DNA of 61,959 nucleotides, filler included. It is 5 parts of 5 records of this genome, joined end to end, with 100 filler letters (N's around TTAATTAATTAA, not from the genome) between each part and the next. Parts side by side here need not be neighbours in the genome. Positions count along the whole stretch, not along the records: positions 52,775 to 61,959 come from SRR22947727_6031; 4 more parts are not named here. One strand, 5' to 3'. Positions 59,893-61,959 of the stretch are shown in pieces (the stretch's first letter is position 1; every line of letters begins with the position of its first letter). A program made the position numbers and the translations under genes. The notes beneath the pieces were generated by a model. That model ran no database searches, was not told the DNA's origin, and worked only from the letters and a program-made list of their open reading frames with translations.

Positions 59893-59916
59893 AACGCGCC
59901 CACAGGGGCGCGTTTT
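59893..59916 (+). terminator. Intrinsic terminator
   Basis: AACGCGCCC-acag-GGGCGCGTTTT. Confidence 0.75.
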
Positions 59917-60065
59917 GCGTTTCGGCGATCATAGTGCCGAAAAAGGCAAAAAATGCCGCATTTAAATGGCCCATGCTCAAACCGCTGCCTATGCTTAGAG
60001 CATGTTAGAACCGCCAAAGCAGTATCCATTTTGGCCGAACATGCTCAGGCCCCAGGGAGAGCCGT

Positions 60066-61523
60066 ATGACCAAAGCGATTATGATACAGGGCGCCGGATC
60101 TAATGTCGGAAAATCCATCTTAGTGGCAGGGATCTGCCGCGCCTTGGTCAAGCGCGGCCATCACCCGGCGCCGTTCAAGCCGCAAAATATGTCCAACAAT
60201 GCCGCTGTCACCGTTGACGGTGGCGAGATTGGCCGCGCGCAGGCGCTGCAAGCCCTTGCCTGCGGACGGCCCGCCATCGTCGATATGAACCCGGTGCTGT
60301 TAAAACCCGAGTCCGAGATTGGGGCGCAGGTGGTGGTTCAAGGCCAAAGGCTCACCACTGTTAAAGCCCGAGACTATGCAGCACTCAAACCCACTTTAAT
60401 GCCACGGGTGCTCGACTCCTTTCACCGCCTGGCCAAAAGCGCAGATTTTGTCGTCATAGAGGGGGCCGGAAGCCCGGCTGAAATCAACCTGCGCTCCGGG
60501 GATATTGCCAATATGGGTTTCGCAGAGGCCGCCGATGTTCCAGTGATCTTGATTGGTGACATTGACCGTGGTGGGGTGATTGCACAAATGGTCGGAACCC
60601 ATGCGGTTCTGCCGACCCAAGATCGCAACAGGATCACGGGTTTTGCAATCAATAAGTTTCGAGGGGATGTGTCACTCTTTGATGAGGGCATGACCGCCAT
60701 TGCCGAGCATACCGGATGGGCGTCACTCGGCGTATTGCCATGGTTTGCCGAGGCCTGGAAACTGCCGGCCGAAGATGTGATGGATATTGCAACACGGGCC
60801 GGTGGCGCCATCAAAATCGCTGTGCCGCGTTTGGCGCGTATCTCCAATTTCGATGATCTCGACCCATTGGTTGCCGAGCCCAATGTGACCGTCGAAATCA
60901 TTGAACAGGGTCAGCCATTGCCGGGTGACGCATCACTCGTGATCCTGCCCGGCAGCAAATCCACCATCAGTGATCTGGAAAGCTTCCGTGCCAATGGCTG
61001 GGATATTGATCTGCAGGCGCATCACCGTCGCGGCGGTCAAATCATCGGCATTTGTGGCGGTTATCAAATGCTGGGGCGCAAAGTACATGACCCAGACGGA
61101 ATAGAAGGCGCGCCGCGCTCCATCGATGGGTTGGGCTATTTGAATATTGAAACCACAATGAGTCCCAAGAAAAACCTATCCTTGACCGAAGCGCATAGCG
61201 CCGAAACCAACACACCCGTGCGCGGCTATGAGATTCACCTCGGCCAGAGCAGCGGAGCGGATTGCCAAAACCCATGGCTCAAGCTCGCAAATCGGCATGA
61301 GGGAGCGATTTCTGCTGATGGTCAGGTGCGCGGCTGTTATTTGCACGGTCTTTTTGCCTCTGATGGCTTTCGATCAGAGGTCTTGACCATGCTCGGCACC
61401 CAATCGCAGCTCACCTCCTATGATGCGGCTGTGGAGGATACTTTGGATCAACTTGCCGCCTTTATCGAGCAGCATCTCAATGTCGATGCTCTGATCGCTT
61501 TAGCAAGACCCGTCGCGCCTTAG
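60066..61523 (+). CDS. cobQ: Cobyric acid synthase
   Basis: MIQGAGSNVGKS, PFKPQNMSNN, EGAGSPAEINL, ISNFDD, GICGGYQMLG, YLHGLF. Confidence 0.97.
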   Translation: MTKAIMIQGAGSNVGKSILVAGICRALVKRGHHPAPFKPQNMSNNAAVTVDGGEIGRAQALQALACGRPAIVDMNPVLLKPESEIGAQVVVQGQRLTTVKARDYAALKPTLMPRVLDSFHRLAKSADFVVIEGAGSPAEINLRSGDIANMGFAEAADVPVILIGDIDRGGVIAQMVGTHAVLPTQDRNRITGFAINKFRGDVSLFDEGMTAIAEHTGWASLGVLPWFAEAWKLPAEDVMDIATRAGGAIKIAVPRLARISNFDDLDPLVAEPNVTVEIIEQGQPLPGDASLVILPGSKSTISDLESFRANGWDIDLQAHHRRGGQIIGICGGYQMLGRKVHDPDGIEGAPRSIDGLGYLNIETTMSPKKNLSLTEAHSAETNTPVRGYEIHLGQSSGADCQNPWLKLANRHEGAISADGQVRGCYLHGLFASDGFRSEVLTMLGTQSQLTSYDAAVEDTLDQLAAFIEQHLNVDALIALARPVAP

Positions 61524-61556
61524 GCGCCGCAGCGCGTGACGCGGTTTAAGCCAATG

Positions 61557-61904
61557 TCACGGATCACGATCATGAATCATAGTTCGAACAGCGCTCGACA
61601 CTTCGTCGCGCATAGGACCGGCCAGGGCGCGGCGGAGGTTGGCAATGACCTCCAAATATTCGGGGTCATGTGACAGCGGCGCAGCGGGTTTGGGCGGCTC
61701 TTGCTCCGCTTGATCCGCGCTGGCACCATCAGCGCGTGTCAGCACCATAGGCTCCAAGGACGGCGTCACCACCCGCTGGCTGGCTTGCAACACCAAAGGA
61801 GCGACCGCCCCGGAGCCCTCATCCGGGACAGCGGCATCCGAAATTAACCTGCGCACGGACAGAACCAAAGCGTCTGGCATAGGATAGTCGTCCTTACGGG
61901 TCAC
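61557..61904 (-). CDS. Hypothetical protein with PopZ-like architecture
   Basis: SD AGGAGG before GTG; N-terminal VLSVRRLISD helix, P/E/A-rich linker, amphipathic C-terminal helices. Confidence 0.6.
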   Translation of the reverse strand: MTRKDDYPMPDALVLSVRRLISDAAVPDEGSGAVAPLVLQASQRVVTPSLEPMVLTRADGASADQAEQEPPKPAAPLSHDPEYLEVIANLRRALAGPMRDEVSSAVRTMIHDRDP

Positions 61905-61959
61905 AGCACCTCCTGTTCACCAGGGCTTGCCCATAACAGGCTCAGCAGCCCGGTTCAAT

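Overview
This window is not one genome. It is five unrelated, probably marine metagenomic contigs joined by 100-nt artificial spacers (44 N + TTAATTAATTAA + 44 N). (1) 1-16830, alphaproteobacterium, SAR116-like by gene content (inference): tRNA-Ala 3' end, a divergent ribosome-recycling-factor-like gene plus a small partner ORF, ibpA with an RpoH promoter and ROSE-like thermometer, a frameshifted Sel1 gene, rpmF, hspQ, an Rrf2-sufBCDS-sufT-sufA-atm1-hydrolase operon, a cupin pseudogene, nadK, fdhD-mobA, kdsD and partial queA. (2) 16931-32294, marine Synechococcus-like core region: lepB, ppa, proS, psb27, purA, cobK, ssb, argB, priA. (3) 32395-40793, alphaproteobacterial catabolic cluster: TctCBA transporter, 4-oxalomesaconate tautomerase-like, NadX-like, FAH hydrolase and two Rossmann-fold oxidoreductases. 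(4) 40894-52674, high-GC actinobacterium: rho-rpmE-prfA-prmC-tsaC-like-glyA-wecA-atp. (5) 52775-61959, Rhodobacteraceae-like: valS end, two aminotransferases, msbA-like, glycosyltransferase, ygfZ, efp, cobQ. No CRISPR array, rRNA or mobile element was seen. The best novelty candidates are an RRF-fold paralogue that has lost the ribosome-binding motifs (256-960), a TsaC homologue with degenerate active-site motifs (48061-48819), the uncharacterised TTT/NadX/PrpF/FAH catabolic cluster, and Atm1 embedded in the SUF operon. All protein assignments are by-eye motif recognition; no searches were run.
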